Source of the DNA: Elainellaceae cyanobacterium
GTDB lineage: Bacteria; Cyanobacteriota; Cyanobacteriia; CAZCXK01
Assembly (NCBI GenBank): GCA_051117555.1
Contig: JBNPEG010000056.1
Span: forward strand, 1-64,000
Direction of reading: 5' to 3'
DNA: 64,000 bases
The notes beneath the pieces were generated by a model. It saw only the letters and a list, made by a program, of their open reading frames with translations. It had not been told where the DNA came from and did no database searches. Position numbers and translations under genes: made by a program. Of the stretch, positions 61,559 through 64,000 are shown piece by piece (the stretch's first letter is position 1; each line of letters opens with the position of its first letter).

Positions 61559-61861
61559 TTATGCGGATGATTTGATTACTTCAAATTCACTTCGCAAATA
61601 GGGACCATCAGGAATAAAGTCTATAGTTTCACGACCGTCGTTTAAAATCATTTGAATAAAATAGATACCATCACTAGTGCAGCTTGAGATTCTACCAAGG
61701 CATCCTTTTAACTGACCTTTCTTAATTTTCACGCAGGTTCCAGCGGATAAGCCAGACTGAGTGAAGGGAGATTTTTGACATAAGAGAGGGTTTGAACACG
61801 AGTGTTTTGAAGTGATGGGACACGAATAACGACTATGATTTCTGTGAATCATAATACCCAC
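61559..61861 (-). CDS. Hypothetical protein with KOW/SH3-like motif
   Basis: G.CVKIKKG..KG..G.I segment in an AT-rich region. Confidence 0.45.
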   Translation of the reverse strand: MGIMIHRNHSRYSCPITSKHSCSNPLLCQKSPFTQSGLSAGTCVKIKKGQLKGCLGRISSCTSDGIYFIQMILNDGRETIDFIPDGPYLRSEFEVIKSSA

Positions 61862-62718
61862 CTCCGCTTATAAAACGTAGATCAAAGCGTAGCGAACAAT
61901 TACGGACGTAGAGATGTCTAAACCGGGTTAAATGGCTCTTAAATTATTCGAATAAGCAATGAAGAAGGCGATGCTTATCTGTTAATAGTTTAGTAGCAAA
62001 AGACTTCGCAAGTAAAAGAATTATTAAGAACCGCTATCGTAAACAAAGAAATATAAATGAAGCCGTTTTATTCAGGTTGGCTTGATAAGAAAACAAATGT
62101 GCAGCACCCCTAAATCGCTTGTGAATTGTGTGTAACTCAGTGGGAGCGTCTCGCTCACGCCTCTCAAGTTAAGGAACACGCGACCGAGGATGGTCGCACT
62201 TAGACGAAAACCTAAACGCTCTCAAGACCTTTAAATCATCTTCGTAAGGCGATCGCGCTCTGGTTTTTTTTCCACTCTTCGGAGATTCTGAAATATTACA
62301 CAAATATTAAGTGGCTGTCCTAAAATTGAAAAGAATGTGTTACGGAGGCTAGTTAGAGCTGCAAACTTGGGCGATCGCATCAACAATGCATCTGCCTACG
62401 AAAAAGTCAATATATGCTGTGCAGGCGTTGGAGAGATAACCGACTCTTCGATCTCGATCAGATACGAGCATTTTGTCAGTGAAAGGCGCTGCAATGAGGT
62501 TTTCAGCCTTTATCAGTGGCGATCGCTTTTCACCCTCTTTCGCCATCATGTCAAGATATTTTACAATCAGCAATGTTGCCTTAGTTATAAGCAGAACTTT
62601 AAAAGAGTTCTGAGTGACTCAGCAGCCCGCGCTGGCTACGAAGAACACATCGGTTTCCTCTGGGTAACATGTGAGAGTGGTCACCCGAAGTTTGTAGCAC
62701 TTAATTCAGAGAGCAAAT

Positions 62719-64000
62719 ATGAAGAAAGATCTCACTCGTTATCGAAATATTGGTATCTTCGCTCACGTAGACGCGGGCAAGACGACCACAACTGAGCGCA
62801 TCCTGAAGCTGACCGGGAAGATTCACAAAATTGGTGAGGTTCATGAAGGTGCGGCTACTACCGACTTCATGGAACAAGAGCAAGAGCGGGGGATTACTAT
62901 TCAATCTGCTGCGACCTCTTGCTTCTGGAAGGATCACCAACTCAACATTATTGATACTCCAGGTCACGTCGATTTCACTATCGAGGTGTATCGTTCTCTC
63001 AAGGTGCTCGATGGCGGAATTGGTGTATTTTGTGGCTCAGGTGGAGTTGAACCCCAGTCTGAAACGAACTGGCGCTACGCAAACGACTCCAAAGTTGCAC
63101 GCATCATCTACGTTAATAAGCTCGATCGAGTTGGTGCTGATTTCTTCCAAGTCGTCAAGCAGGTTGAAGACATTCTTGTTGCCAAGCCGCTCGTTATGGT
63201 GTTACCCATTGGGCGAGAAAGCGACTTCAAAGGCGTCGTCGATTTGCTCACTCGCAAAGCGTGGGTGTGGGATGAATCTGGCGACCCCATGAACTATGAA
63301 ATCCAAGATGTTCCTGCGGACATGGTGGATCAGGTCGAAGAGTATCGTGAAGCTCTAGTCGAATTGGCGGTTGAGCAAGATGACGATGTGATGGTGAAGT
63401 ACCTGGAAGGGGAAGAAGTCACTATTGATGAGATCAAGCAGTGCATTCGCAAAGGCACTAATGAGCTTGCCTTCTTCCCGACGTATTGCGGCTCCTCGTT
63501 CAAAAATAAAGGAGTCCAGCTCGTTCTAGATGCCGTCGTCGATTATTTGCCTGCTCCGCCTGAGGTCAAGCCGCAGCCAGAAGTTGATTTAGAAGGGCAT
63601 GAAACAGGCAAGTATGCGCTTGTCGACCCAGAAGCTCCCTTACGAGCGCTGGCATTCAAAATTATGGACGATCGCTTTGGAGCGCTGACCTTTACCCGTA
63701 TTTACTCAGGTACCTTGAAGAAGGGGGACTCTGTGCTTGATACGGCAACTGGGAAGACCGAGCGAATTGGCCGTCTGGTTGAAATGCACGCCAATTCTCG
63801 TGAAGAAGTCGAATGGGCTCAAGCGGGCGATATCGTGGCGATCGTGGGTCTAAAGAACGTCCAGACTGGACATACGCTCTGCGATCCAAAAGATCCAGCG
63901 ACGCTAGAACCGATGGTGTTCCCCGAGCCTGTAATCTCAATTGCTGTGGCGCCAAAGACAAAAGGTTCCGTCGAGAAGATGGGTATGGCACTCAGCAAGA
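62719..64000 (+). CDS. fusA: Elongation factor G paralogue, 5' part (runs off the window; absent from the ORF track)
   Basis: [47 protein letters not shown] and NKLD. Not preceded by rpsL/rpsG. Confidence 0.95.
   Translation, partial: MKKDLTRYRNIGIFAHVDAGKTTTTERILKLTGKIHKIGEVHEGAATTDFMEQEQERGITIQSAATSCFWKDHQLNIIDTPGHVDFTIEVYRSLKVLDGGIGVFCGSGGVEPQSETNWRYANDSKVARIIYVNKLDRVGADFFQVVKQVEDILVAKPLVMVLPIGRESDFKGVVDLLTRKAWVWDESGDPMNYEIQDVPADMVDQVEEYREALVELAVEQDDDVMVKYLEGEEVTIDEIKQCIRKGTNELAFFPTYCGSSFKNKGVQLVLDAVVDYLPAPPEVKPQPEVDLEGHETGKYALVDPEAPLRALAFKIMDDRFGALTFTRIYSGTLKKGDSVLDTATGKTERIGRLVEMHANSREEVEWAQAGDIVAIVGLKNVQTGHTLCDPKDPATLEPMVFPEPVISIAVAPKTKGSVEKMGMALSK

Noticed and set aside
62337..62795. 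ORFs upstream of fusA
   Set aside because: No recognisable motifs, and one overlaps fusA out of frame.

Overview
Cyanobacterial chromosomal segment, judged from dense HIP1 octamers (GCGATCGC), cpcT, DUF2555, Uma2 genes and NtcA, Pho and HLR1-like boxes. Housekeeping genes (coaBC, purH, valS, fabG, pyrD, purB, uup, an EF-G paralogue) are interleaved with small accessory islets. Main points: (1) a DUF1097-cobW-nitrile hydratase beta-like operon behind a canonical NtcA class II promoter, cut by an ISAzo13-type IS at the window start; (2) a membrane-anchored P-loop NTPase-TPR gene plus a small ORF with a structured leader, flanked by two 228-bp HIP1-bounded direct repeats; (3) a DUF4258/YgiT toxin-antitoxin-like pair followed by an integron attC-like site, with no integrase in the window; (4) several genes with internal deletions, including a WD40 protein apparently missing its kinase domain exactly at a HIP1 site, a K+ channel and an oppD/F remnant; (5) MITE-, REP- and SDR-like repeats, some nested, and a 21-22 bp tandem array. 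No rRNA, tRNA or CRISPR array was recognised. All calls are by eye and no database searches were run.
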